Below, piece after piece: positions 19,522 to 28,674 of a stretch of 64,000 nucleotides of DNA. The stretch is from Bdellovibrio sp. GTDB taxonomy: Bacteria > Bdellovibrionota > Bdellovibrionia > Bdellovibrionales > Bdellovibrionaceae. The DNA lies in assembly GCA_036677065.1 (NCBI GenBank), contig JAKFBS010000003.1:1-64000 (forward strand), written 5' to 3'. The position numbers and the translations under genes are program-made. Positions within the stretch are counted from its first letter, which is position 1, and each line of letters begins with the position of its first letter. The notes under the pieces were generated by a model. It searched no databases, was not told where the DNA came from, and saw only the letters and a list, made by a program, of their open reading frames with translations.

Positions 19522-20536
19522 TGATTTCGCACGCGCGGTTGAATTACTTGAACAAGGTGATGTCGTGGCTTTTCCGACAGAAACAGTTTATGGCCTTGGC
19601 GCACGTATTGATCGCCCCGAAGGTTTAAAAAAAATATTCTCGACCAAGCAGCGTCCGTTTTTTGATCCGTTGATCGTGCATGTGGCCTCAGTTGAACAAG
19701 CTAAGACATGTTTTAAACAATGGCATGCGCTGGCTGATCATTTGGCTAAAGAATTTTGGCCGGGGGCTTTAACTTTAGTAATGCCAAAATCAGAATTAAT
19801 TTCTGATATGATCACTTCAGGTTTAGATAGTGTTGGCGTGCGTTTACCCAGTCATCCATTAGCGCAGCAATTAATTACTGCGGTTGGGGTACCCATAGCC
19901 GCACCCAGCGCGAATAAATTTGGTAAAACAAGCCCTACAAAAGCAGAGCATGTTAAAAAAGAATTCGGTGATAGTGTTCTGGTGTTAGATCAAGGGCAAA
20001 GCCAAATCGGAATTGAATCCACAGTTTTATTAGTCAGAGTGTCTTTTGTGGGTCCGCAACATAATACTTATGAATTGGCAATTCTGCGTAAGGGTGCCGT
20101 TTTAAAATCTGCAATAGATACGTCATTGCAAAAAACCCAGTTAAAATACAAATGGCTCGAAGCAGTTGATAAAAAAGAATCGCCTGGGCATATGAAACAC
20201 CATTACATGCCTGAAGTCCCGTTTGTGATTTGCAAAGATCCAAGTATGAAAGTCAGTCAAATTTCTGAAATTCTAAATGCGAAGTTGAAAGAACTTCCTG
20301 ACGAAGTTGAACAAGTTAAAATTGTGAAACCAAAAGGTAGAGTCGAAAAGATCGAATTTTTACTTTTACCCAAAGATCCGGGTCAAGCTGCGCGCGAATT
20401 GTATTCACAGCTTCGCGCGGTCAGTGCACGTAAGCCCGATGTTTTATGCTTTATCCAAATGCCCTACCACAATACTGAAATGTGGGAGAGCATTTTTGAC
20501 CGCATGTACAAAGCGGCTTCATTAATTATCGGCTAA
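19505..20536 (+). CDS. sua5: threonylcarbamoyl-AMP synthase (Sua5/TsaC)
   Basis: VAFPTETVYGLGA, KQRPFFDPLIVH, AAPSANKFG, GIESTV, SPG..HY. Confidence 0.9.
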   Translation: MLTASSDFARAVELLEQGDVVAFPTETVYGLGARIDRPEGLKKIFSTKQRPFFDPLIVHVASVEQAKTCFKQWHALADHLAKEFWPGALTLVMPKSELISDMITSGLDSVGVRLPSHPLAQQLITAVGVPIAAPSANKFGKTSPTKAEHVKKEFGDSVLVLDQGQSQIGIESTVLLVRVSFVGPQHNTYELAILRKGAVLKSAIDTSLQKTQLKYKWLEAVDKKESPGHMKHHYMPEVPFVICKDPSMKVSQISEILNAKLKELPDEVEQVKIVKPKGRVEKIEFLLLPKDPGQAARELYSQLRAVSARKPDVLCFIQMPYHNTEMWESIFDRMYKAASLIIG

Positions 20537-20888
20537 ATTCAACGGGGTAAGAGATTTTTACTGTCTTACCTTTTGCTGCTTTGGGAAATTTAATTTTTTT
20601 AAACGCATCGACCACGCACTTTTGTAAATTCAAATCAGTCAGTGTAGTTTGTTCGTCGTTGATTCGGATTTTGTGCAATTCTGCTTTGTCATTGATCTCG
20701 TAATCGACAACAACTTTTCCTGAAGCTTGCATCGTTTGTTTTGTTCCAGCATCGCGACAAGATTTCATCATTGGTAAAAATCTGATGATTGGTTTTTTAT
20801 ATTTTTCAGTAGCATCGATTTTACTTTTTGCGAATGAAAAAGACGCCAATAAACACGTGCACATAAATAAAATAATATTTTTTTTCAA
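20526..20888 (-). CDS. secreted AgmX/PglI-C (TonB-C-like) domain protein
   Basis: Signal peptide; C..SGKVVVDYEI....L..CVV..FKKIKFP..VKISYPVEF. Confidence 0.6.
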   Translation of the reverse strand: MKKNIILFMCTCLLASFSFAKSKIDATEKYKKPIIRFLPMMKSCRDAGTKQTMQASGKVVVDYEINDKAELHKIRINDEQTTLTDLNLQKCVVDAFKKIKFPKAAKGKTVKISYPVEFSR

Positions 20889-21098
20889 AACAAAACTCCT
20901 TCTAAATTTTTTGCAATTGTAAAATTTCTGTTAAGAAATTGTTACTAACGATCCAGCGTTATGACTCTGGTTATAGCACATTGAAACACAAGTTGAACCA
21001 TTCCCAGACGTTTGTCGGCGAAAAAAATATTTGCATATGAAATTGCCATAATTTTCTTCAGACTAAATTGGTCTTCATAAAACACACACGGAGGAATA

Positions 21099-23132
21099 AT
21101 GAAGTTATGTCTAAAAAACGTAGCACAAGCAGGATTGTTATCATCAATCATCGCTTTAGCTGCATGTTCGGGTTCTGATGTCTCACGCGCAATTGGTTCT
21201 GATGGATTAGTGATCAGCGGTAAACTTGGCGGATCATCTTTAATGTCGATGAATAAGATAAGCGCAAAAGCAGCACAAGATAATAATTCTTTTGCTGTAG
21301 AATTTGACGATTACGAAGATTTAGAAATCGTAGCTACGGCGCAAACGGACCCGCCAACTACGGCGACTGGTTCTGTGGATGCATCAGGTAACTTTTCAGT
21401 TGATCTTGGCGCTGATGCTGCCGGTACTGCAATCACTGTAACTTTCGTTAATGAAAATACAGACGCTGTTGTGGGTGAAGTTAAATTCACTGACACTTCA
21501 ACGACAGATTTAAATGGTAACCCAAAAGCTGATTCTGCAGTTGTGGCTACAGGTAGTTTACAATTAGGAAACATTGTATTAGCTGAAGACGGAACTATTT
21601 CAGTTCCGAAAACTACTGTGGCTTCTGCGATTGAAGAAGTAGCTGTGAATGTTGCTACTGCTTTTAATCCTACTGGTCAGTGGACAATGGCTGCTTACGA
21701 TAAAACATTACCAGAAGGTTATAAAACGGTTGAGGCTGTTTCAGGAACTGTTGACGGGCCACATATTGGTTTCAAACTTACGTTAGCTCGTTTTACAGGA
21801 AAAGAATTTACTCCTGGTACAGGAAACTGCGTGAAAAACGCAAGCGGCACAATCACTTCTTGTCCGGTGACGAGCGGTACGGTTGGTACAAATGATCGTT
21901 ATGTTCTTTCAATTTGGGGCGGCGATTATTCAGAATCAATTGGTGCCTGTGGTCACAAGACGGGCTTTACAGAAGATGAAGCCCGTGGTTATGGACGTAC
22001 TCATCTAACAACTCTTCCAACAATTTCAGGTTCTACAATTTTATTTGGTGGTTACCAATTTAGTTCAGTTTCTGGTGGAACAGGCGTTGCGCCATACGAT
22101 CAACCTTGGATGGCTTCACCAGTTTCAACAACGGCTATGCATAGTGAACAAGATTGTCGTCCTATTTCAGTATCAGGTTCTACTAGAGTTCTAAACGGTT
22201 GGGCTTGTCGTGCGCCGATTATGTACGGTACGCAACCAGGAACACCAGTTTCTGCAGGCACAAAAGGTTGGATGGTTGGTTTACAAGGTAGCGGCTGTAT
22301 AAATGCAGACACCCTTAAGCCAGTTAATGTTACAGACTGGAATACGATAAAAAATGCAACTTGTTTACAACCTACATCAGGTACGGTAACAGGATTCACA
22401 GGGTTTAGATCTGAATCTTGCGTCTATGCTAACGTAGATCCTGATGGCGTATCTAATACGGCACAAACGACAATGAATATTAAGTGTGTTCACTCTGGTG
22501 GACAATTTAATGATAATGCAGGAGAGCCAAACTTTGCTTCTCCGTACATCCCATCTGGAGGTGAATTCATTGGTCAACCTGAGCCATTATTAGCTCAAGA
22601 TGCTCAATGTCATACAGCAGGAACTAGTTCGACGGCGCGAGTATTAGCGGGATACCGTTGTTTTGCGAACGCGTACTATCAACTTCGTGATCAATTAAGT
22701 TCTGGTGGTTGCTCTCGTGACTACAACTTCAATTGGAATGCTACAAAACCAGAAGATTTCGTGCGTCGTGATGATTTCAAAGGTCGTCCGAAAAATGCAT
22801 TTCTTACGAATATCTTAAATTACGCAGCTGATGGCCAATCAGCAGTTTTAGAAGATGAAGAATCAGAAAACGTACAAATTCAAGGAAGTTCAGATTCAAA
22901 TACATTTTGCCGCGTGGTTCTTAAAACGCAAATCACGATTAAGGCTGTGACTGCGACAAAATTATTATTCGAGTTAAAAGATTCAGGGCGTATGGCAAGC
23001 ACAGAAGCTGCTTGTATAGCTGCTGCAAATGCTGCTGCTTTAGAAGATAAAAGCGATAGCAATATGAATAGATCTGAATTATCTCGCAGATTAGAACCGA
23101 TGAAGATGATTTTCTATATTAACAAACAATAG
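21099..23132 (+). CDS. large Cys-rich surface lipoprotein
   Basis: Lipobox LAAC, SD GGAGG, Thr/Gly/Cys-rich, own terminator. Confidence 0.7.
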   Translation: MKLCLKNVAQAGLLSSIIALAACSGSDVSRAIGSDGLVISGKLGGSSLMSMNKISAKAAQDNNSFAVEFDDYEDLEIVATAQTDPPTTATGSVDASGNFSVDLGADAAGTAITVTFVNENTDAVVGEVKFTDTSTTDLNGNPKADSAVVATGSLQLGNIVLAEDGTISVPKTTVASAIEEVAVNVATAFNPTGQWTMAAYDKTLPEGYKTVEAVSGTVDGPHIGFKLTLARFTGKEFTPGTGNCVKNASGTITSCPVTSGTVGTNDRYVLSIWGGDYSESIGACGHKTGFTEDEARGYGRTHLTTLPTISGSTILFGGYQFSSVSGGTGVAPYDQPWMASPVSTTAMHSEQDCRPISVSGSTRVLNGWACRAPIMYGTQPGTPVSAGTKGWMVGLQGSGCINADTLKPVNVTDWNTIKNATCLQPTSGTVTGFTGFRSESCVYANVDPDGVSNTAQTTMNIKCVHSGGQFNDNAGEPNFASPYIPSGGEFIGQPEPLLAQDAQCHTAGTSSTARVLAGYRCFANAYYQLRDQLSSGGCSRDYNFNWNATKPEDFVRRDDFKGRPKNAFLTNILNYAADGQSAVLEDEESENVQIQGSSDSNTFCRVVLKTQITIKAVTATKLLFELKDSGRMASTEAACIAAANAAALEDKSDSNMNRSELSRRLEPMKMIFYINKQ

Positions 23133-23159
23133 TTAATTAAGAAAAATAATGTAAACACG

Positions 23160-23188
23160 AAAAAGCCAGCGTAAAGCTGGCTTTTTTT
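23160..23188 (+). terminator. rho-independent terminator
   Basis: AAAAGCCAGC-GTAAA-GCTGGCTTTTTT. Confidence 0.85.
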
Positions 23189-23216
23189 ATTTGTTTGGGG
23201 CTATGATCAGCTTTGC

Positions 23217-24023
23217 ATGTACCGTAAACTTCGCGCCGCTTATCGTTTTATAAAGTTTGTAACTATTATTTCAGCCTACTTGATTCAAGGTACGTTTATT
23301 TATTTAACGACCAAAGAACCTATATTGCGTCGCCGCCGTTTAACTGAAAATGCCCACCAATACGGAATCCGCCTTGTTAATGCTTTTCATGTGCAAGTGA
23401 TCTGTAAAAATCCAATCGCTCATAATGAAGCATCGTTATTAATCGGCAATCATGTCGGCTTCATTGATATTTTAGCTTTAACTTCGATTGTGCCAACTGT
23501 GTTTATCACTTCACGTGAAATGCAAAAAGCTCCGGGCCTTGGAAAAATCACAGAAGTTGCCGGTTGTACTTATGTTGACCGTGTAAACCGTATGAAAATT
23601 CAGCATGAATTAAAAGATATCATCGAAGTATTAAAAAAACGTTTTCATGTTGTGCTGTATGCAGAATCTGTGGCCTCAAACGGTGAACAAGTTTTACCAT
23701 TTAAAAAAACACTGTTGATGGCAGCAGGGTTAGCTAACGTGCCGATCAGACCCTTTGTTTTTAATTACCGTTTAGTCAATGGTGCGCCCGTGAAGTTTGA
23801 ACATCGTGATGCTTTATGCTGGCACGGTGATATTTCGTTCTTTCAGTCGATCTGGGGAGCGTTGCAACTTGAAACACTGGTGTGTGAAATAGAGTTTTTA
23901 CCCTTGTTGCATGTGACACCTGAAGATCACAGAAGCGAAATCGCGGCAAAGCTGCATGCCATGGTGTCAGAAAAATACGTTCCATTTGTAGACCCGGCCA
24001 AGTCTGACACGAAATCAATATAA
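23217..24023 (+). CDS. lysophospholipid acyltransferase (PlsC/OlsA-like)
   Basis: NHVGFID (HxxxxD), YVDR, LYAES (FPEG-like), VLPFKK. Confidence 0.85.
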   Translation: MYRKLRAAYRFIKFVTIISAYLIQGTFIYLTTKEPILRRRRLTENAHQYGIRLVNAFHVQVICKNPIAHNEASLLIGNHVGFIDILALTSIVPTVFITSREMQKAPGLGKITEVAGCTYVDRVNRMKIQHELKDIIEVLKKRFHVVLYAESVASNGEQVLPFKKTLLMAAGLANVPIRPFVFNYRLVNGAPVKFEHRDALCWHGDISFFQSIWGALQLETLVCEIEFLPLLHVTPEDHRSEIAAKLHAMVSEKYVPFVDPAKSDTKSI

Positions 24024-24098
24024 TTAAACTCATTTTTGTACGTCAGTTTACCGATAGAAGTCTTGGCAATTAGGCCTTAACTCTTTCTCGGAGATTCG

Positions 24099-24518
24099 AT
24101 GACTAAATCAAAAAATTATAAGCTTGGCAAAAATTTGTTCAAAACATATTTCAAACCTGTCGGTAAAGGTTATGAAATTGGTTTTACATTTAAAGGTAGA
24201 AATTATTTTACTTCTAATTTTGTGAACAAAGCTGAAGCGACTAAGTGGTGGGGCTTTTTTAATAAAGAAATCACAAGCTTTTCAAAAAAATATTGGGTTT
24301 CTAATGCTATGCCATTTATGTGGTACTGTAACTTTATGAATAACCACATGTATAAAACATATTACACTTGGTTAGATAAAGTTTTTAATAAACATGAAGC
24401 TGCATTTACCTCAGCTTACAATAAAGACTATAAACAGTTTTTAAAATTTAAGCATAATCCTAATCCTATGCATGAAAAGCCAACGCAAAAGTCGCCTCAT
24501 TTTAGAAAAGTAGGCTAG
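24099..24518 (+). CDS. basic, aromatic-rich hypothetical protein
   Basis: 139 aa, SD GGAG, rich in K/F/Y/W/N. Confidence 0.6.
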   Translation: MTKSKNYKLGKNLFKTYFKPVGKGYEIGFTFKGRNYFTSNFVNKAEATKWWGFFNKEITSFSKKYWVSNAMPFMWYCNFMNNHMYKTYYTWLDKVFNKHEAAFTSAYNKDYKQFLKFKHNPNPMHEKPTQKSPHFRKVG

Positions 24519-26235
24519 CTTTTAGAAGACCGCGCACCGAGTTGCCAACATAAAGTTCTACAGTTGGTAATTCTGAAGCCGGTAGTGATCTTTCAGATAA
24601 CTTATAGGTTCTATCATCAACGGTGATAGAACCTTTTTTTATGTGATGCGCCTGAAACACGCTATGCATTCCACCATCGCTGCTGGGCGGAGTGAAAAAC
24701 TCGTCACCTTTTTTATAAAATACGCTGTAAATAGAAGTTTCTACGATGTGGCCTTGTTTATTCGCGATTAAAACGTCATGAGCCGCTTCTTTTTTATTTT
24801 GTAGCAAAGTATTCCAAACACTACGTTCGGTCGTCTTATAGCGTGGCAGGAACTGTTTAAACGGCATCAATTGCAGTATCACTGGCTGCCTTGTTGCTGC
24901 AAGCGGGGTCGCTTCTGCGGTGTAAGTTAAATCTTTGGCAAAAACTAAGCGCACTTTATGAGGTGTTTTTAGTTTAGTTCGCTTTGTCGCTTCAATTTTT
25001 TGGTAAAGACTTTGGATCTGCTGCAGATCAGTTTGAATCAGCTGGTCACGCAAAGCTAAATACGTGCGTTCAATATGTTCTGGCAGGTAAGTAAATCCAT
25101 CTTTAAATTCTAAAGTGTCTACCACCGAGGTGTATTCAAGATACAGATTTAAAAAACTGCATTTCGTTAAAAATTCATGCCACTCTTTACGTGGTTCTGA
25201 ATCAAAGACAATCCCGCAACCCGTAAAATAAAAAAGCTGGTTGTTTTTTTGATAGCTGCTGCGAATTGCAACGTTTAAGCAAAAATCTTCACCTTGCCAC
25301 CAACCAATCGAGCCGGTGTAGAAATCACGGTGATAATTTTCAACTTCAGCGATTTTTTTAAGGCTTTCAATTTTTGGGCAGCCAGAAATTGAACCCCCCG
25401 GAAAAGTATTAGCGATAATTTCACTGAAACTTTTTGACGTATTAATTTCGATTTCAGAATAAGTGTGCGATGTGTATTTTAAATCAATAATCTTTCTGTG
25501 AAAGTTTACGCGCGAACTGTCGTTATACTTATCACAAGATAAAGTATTTAAATCATTGCGCAGTAAATCCACGATCATTGAAAGTTCGGCGTTTTCTTTG
25601 CTGCTATTTTGTAATTCAGAGATGTTTGAACCTGAAAGCAAAGTGCCTTTAATCGGCTGGGTCGTAAGACGTGATCCTTTTTTGTATAAAAACATTTCTG
25701 GTGATAGGCAGTGAATACTTTCATCTGGGCCCAAAGGCAAATACGCACGGTAATCACTGCCAACAGTTTTTGAAATATGCACAAAACCATCTAACTGCGA
25801 ATAATTTTTTGGCGCTTTCGCTTCAAGAGCTGCGGTGTAGTTCATTTGGTAAAAACGTCCACTACAGATATCTTCTTTGATTGATTGCACATTTTCTAAG
25901 AATAAGGATTCCTGAACAGTCGGGTAATAGGTAGGGCGCTGTGTAGGTTTTTCAGGATATAGGTTTTCTAACTGATTTTGCTCTAACACTTCAAAAGTAT
26001 TTAAAACAAAGACCTGAGCTTTTGGAGTTTTTGCATAAAAGCGGCGCGAATCATTTGCGATTGGTTTTTCAAGTGCTGCAAAATTAAGTTTTACGACTTT
26101 CATTTTTTCAGCGTAATCTTTTTCGATCGTTTGCAAAAAAAATTTCGTGTCTTGATCATCAGCGCACGAAACTAATTGGTAATCTGTACTATGAATAAAT
26201 TTTTTGTCTTCGTGAAAACAAATTACCGGTTGCAT
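24502..26235 (-). CDS. pabB: aminodeoxychorismate synthase component I fused to ADC lyase (PabB-PabC)
   Basis: SPEMFL, QPIKGT, KENAELSMIVDLLRND, FPGGSISGCPK, YTGSIG. C-terminal class IV aminotransferase-like domain (EHIER, RYKTT, ETSIYSVF..TPP, GNSVRGL). Confidence 0.82.
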   Translation of the reverse strand: MQPVICFHEDKKFIHSTDYQLVSCADDQDTKFFLQTIEKDYAEKMKVVKLNFAALEKPIANDSRRFYAKTPKAQVFVLNTFEVLEQNQLENLYPEKPTQRPTYYPTVQESLFLENVQSIKEDICSGRFYQMNYTAALEAKAPKNYSQLDGFVHISKTVGSDYRAYLPLGPDESIHCLSPEMFLYKKGSRLTTQPIKGTLLSGSNISELQNSSKENAELSMIVDLLRNDLNTLSCDKYNDSSRVNFHRKIIDLKYTSHTYSEIEINTSKSFSEIIANTFPGGSISGCPKIESLKKIAEVENYHRDFYTGSIGWWQGEDFCLNVAIRSSYQKNNQLFYFTGCGIVFDSEPRKEWHEFLTKCSFLNLYLEYTSVVDTLEFKDGFTYLPEHIERTYLALRDQLIQTDLQQIQSLYQKIEATKRTKLKTPHKVRLVFAKDLTYTAEATPLAATRQPVILQLMPFKQFLPRYKTTERSVWNTLLQNKKEAAHDVLIANKQGHIVETSIYSVFYKKGDEFFTPPSSDGGMHSVFQAHHIKKGSITVDDRTYKLSERSLPASELPTVELYVGNSVRGLLKASLLF

Positions 26236-26765
26236 AACTCAACCACCGATTGCAAAAAGAGTTCAGGTTTTTCAGTTAAGAATGACTCAGGGTGAAACTG
26301 CAAACCCAGCCAGTTTTTATTTTTGTGGCGCACGATCATCGGAATTGTTTCACTGCTGGCTAAAATATCAAAGACATTAGCCATCTCGCATTTTAACGAA
26401 TGATATCTGGCTACCTGAATGTTATTCAACTTGTTATTGTCTGAGTTTAGCGCGCTGGTTTTACCATGCACTGGCGGGTAATAAGCCTGCACAGTGCCGT
26501 TTTCAATTTCGTTCATCATCTGCATGCCTAGACAAATGCCTAAAACAGGTTTGTTCGCAGGTAGGCTTTTTAAAAAGTTTTTACTTTGCGGGTAATCGCT
26601 TGGAGTTTTAGGTCCGGGCGAAAAAATCACCAGATCGAAATCAAGGGGATTAATTTTATCAACCTCGCTGCAATCCACTACAGAAACAGTAAAGCGCGGC
26701 TTAAGCCACGCTTTAATATTGAAAGTAAATGAATCGTGATGATCAACGAGTACAGCTTTTAACAC
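26223..26765 (-). CDS. pabA: glutamine amidotransferase component II (PabA/TrpG)
   Basis: DHHDSFTFN, SPGP, GICLGMQ, RYHSL, QFHPES; coupled to pabB. Confidence 0.85.
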   Translation of the reverse strand: MLKAVLVDHHDSFTFNIKAWLKPRFTVSVVDCSEVDKINPLDFDLVIFSPGPKTPSDYPQSKNFLKSLPANKPVLGICLGMQMMNEIENGTVQAYYPPVHGKTSALNSDNNKLNNIQVARYHSLKCEMANVFDILASSETIPMIVRHKNKNWLGLQFHPESFLTEKPELFLQSVVELCNR

Positions 26766-26774
26766 CGGACCATA

Positions 26775-28310
26775 TTACTTGAATTTTATATCAAAGTGTA
26801 ACCCATTGTTGGCAAAAATTTTGTACGGGTCTGTGTCATCTAAGGCACTGTCTTGAAGATTAACCACATAGCGGCCTTCAATGGTTTTTTCGATGGTGTA
26901 ATCTTTAGCACGCGCTTTGACGCCGTTTAATAAGATCACAACCGATGTTGGGTTGATCTGACCTAATACAATCGGTTTTAACGAGATCACATCTTTTAAA
27001 CTTTCGTAAATATAAGAAACCTTAATCACCGAGCCAGCCAGTGGGGCTTGGTCAAATTTGATTTTACCATCGTTTGTTAGCTTAAAACCTTTTACTACGG
27101 TTAAACCGTTGACGATCACCCTTAAAGAATCTTTTTTAATCTTCTTACCAGATAAACCAAACTCAGATTTATAGTCAGCACGGCCATTTGGTAAATTACT
27201 TTGAAACTGTAACGACTGAATCGTACCTAATAATGGATTAAGCAATTGTAATTGAAATTCGCGCAGTGCTAAGGCTAGCGCCGGATTTAATCCGGGAATT
27301 TTATCAGCCACATATGAAATCGTGAATGTCGTATTCACACTCGTTAAAATACGATTTAAGATTGTATCTAAAGTAATCGCACCTGAGATTAAATCGTTAA
27401 AGTTAAACCATTCGCCCTGGCTTAACGCCACGATCCCGGCTTCAGAGCCGAAATTTTTATTATAACCGGCTAAAGAAGGTGTTGCTGCAAACACTTTTAC
27501 TTTTGAGCTGGCAAGAGCTGCTTTTACATCAGAGTATTTCGGGGCTCCGCTACCGACAGCACCGCTATTACCTGGTGAATATAAAAAGCCATCATCTGTA
27601 ATTAAAATTGCAAAACGTTGATTGTTTGTAGCCCATGGAGCTGCCGCTGTATCAATTAGAGCACGCATCGGGTTTTCATTTAAATCTGATCCGCCTGGAT
27701 CACTTGAGCCTTTTAAAGCTTTAAGTTTAGTGATTTCAGAAATCAACTCATCCACTTGCGCATTCGTTGCAGGATCAGCAGGGTTGTTATCATAGAATTT
27801 ATCACAACGGCGAATTGTGTAGTCACCGAAAGTCACTAGACACATGCGTGTGTGGTAACCAGCTTCACGTGAACGTCTGACAAAGTTAATTAAGCGAATC
27901 TTGGCAGATTCAATAGTTGCTGACATCGAACCGGTTACATCGACAACAAAAGCGATATCTACGGTTTCTTTTGTTTCCATACTGTTTTTAGTTAAGTTGA
28001 ATTTATTTACCGGAATCAAACTTTCAATTAACAATAGATCATTTGCATTTAAAGACTGAGCTAATGAACCATCAGGTTTACGCACCTGAAATGAAATCGC
28101 GGTTTGATTTTCTTCTAATGATTCTTGCGTGATCGTTTGTTCTGATTCAGATAATTTAAAGAACTCAGCCACTCCACCCATATCTTCTTGTGCTGTTGGA
28201 TCAACAGAAGCTGCAGGGATAAAGCTCATCTGAGATTTACATGCAGTGAATGTTAGTAAAATCATCGCTGCCACAGTTTTTGTAACATAATGTTGATGAT
28301 TCTTTTTCAT
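26775..28310 (-). CDS. von Willebrand factor A domain lipoprotein
   Basis: Lipobox FTAC; MIDAS motif DVTGSM; ILITDD; beta-rich C-terminal modules. Confidence 0.8.
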   Translation of the reverse strand: MKKNHQHYVTKTVAAMILLTFTACKSQMSFIPAASVDPTAQEDMGGVAEFFKLSESEQTITQESLEENQTAISFQVRKPDGSLAQSLNANDLLLIESLIPVNKFNLTKNSMETKETVDIAFVVDVTGSMSATIESAKIRLINFVRRSREAGYHTRMCLVTFGDYTIRRCDKFYDNNPADPATNAQVDELISEITKLKALKGSSDPGGSDLNENPMRALIDTAAAPWATNNQRFAILITDDGFLYSPGNSGAVGSGAPKYSDVKAALASSKVKVFAATPSLAGYNKNFGSEAGIVALSQGEWFNFNDLISGAITLDTILNRILTSVNTTFTISYVADKIPGLNPALALALREFQLQLLNPLLGTIQSLQFQSNLPNGRADYKSEFGLSGKKIKKDSLRVIVNGLTVVKGFKLTNDGKIKFDQAPLAGSVIKVSYIYESLKDVISLKPIVLGQINPTSVVILLNGVKARAKDYTIEKTIEGRYVVNLQDSALDDTDPYKIFANNGLHFDIKFK

Positions 28311-28492
28311 AATTCCCCCAAAGGTTAGAGTCGAAGCACTAAACTATCGTCGGGATTGACGCAGGACTTAAGGTGTGTGGAACACTTTATTCTCTCTGAA
28401 GAACGCGAATTTTGTAGAAACTTTAAGCGATAACAAACAAATTTTTTGAAGTTGTAAAAAACTGTCTAGTCAAAGAGCTAGAACTGAAACTT

Positions 28493-28521
28493 TGTGCAAA
28501 AGGCTGTGGACATGTGGATAA
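28493..28521. promoter_or_regulatory. DnaA-box cluster
   Basis: TGTGCAAAA (28493-28501) and TGTGGATAA (28513-28521) match the reverse complement of TTWTNCACA. An imperfect TGTGGACAT lies between them, and an AT-rich tract follows. Confidence 0.45.
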
Positions 28522-28575
28522 CTTACACGTTATTTATATATGTAAGTAATATGTAAATAAGAGGGAGAAAACACC

Positions 28576-28674
28576 ATGGGTCTAAGACAAGATACAATAA
28601 GCTTCGCGCAAAAACTAAACATCGCCATTTGGTTCACACAGCTCATGTTAAGTGTCGTATTTCTTCTGAATTAA
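28576..28674 (+). CDS. candidate 32-aa small membrane protein (not in the ORF track)
   Basis: SD GAGGGAG at 28561-28567; MGLRQDTISFAQKLNIAIWFTQLMLSVVFLLN with a hydrophobic C-terminal half. Confidence 0.4.
   Translation: MGLRQDTISFAQKLNIAIWFTQLMLSVVFLLN

Noticed and set aside
21031..21048. Sigma54-like site on the minus strand (TGGCAATTTCATATGC)
   Set aside because: GG-to-GC spacing is 11 nt rather than the required 10.
28376..28560. Chromosomal origin oriC
   Set aside because: Few consensus boxes and no origin-associated genes; kept only as a possible DnaA site.
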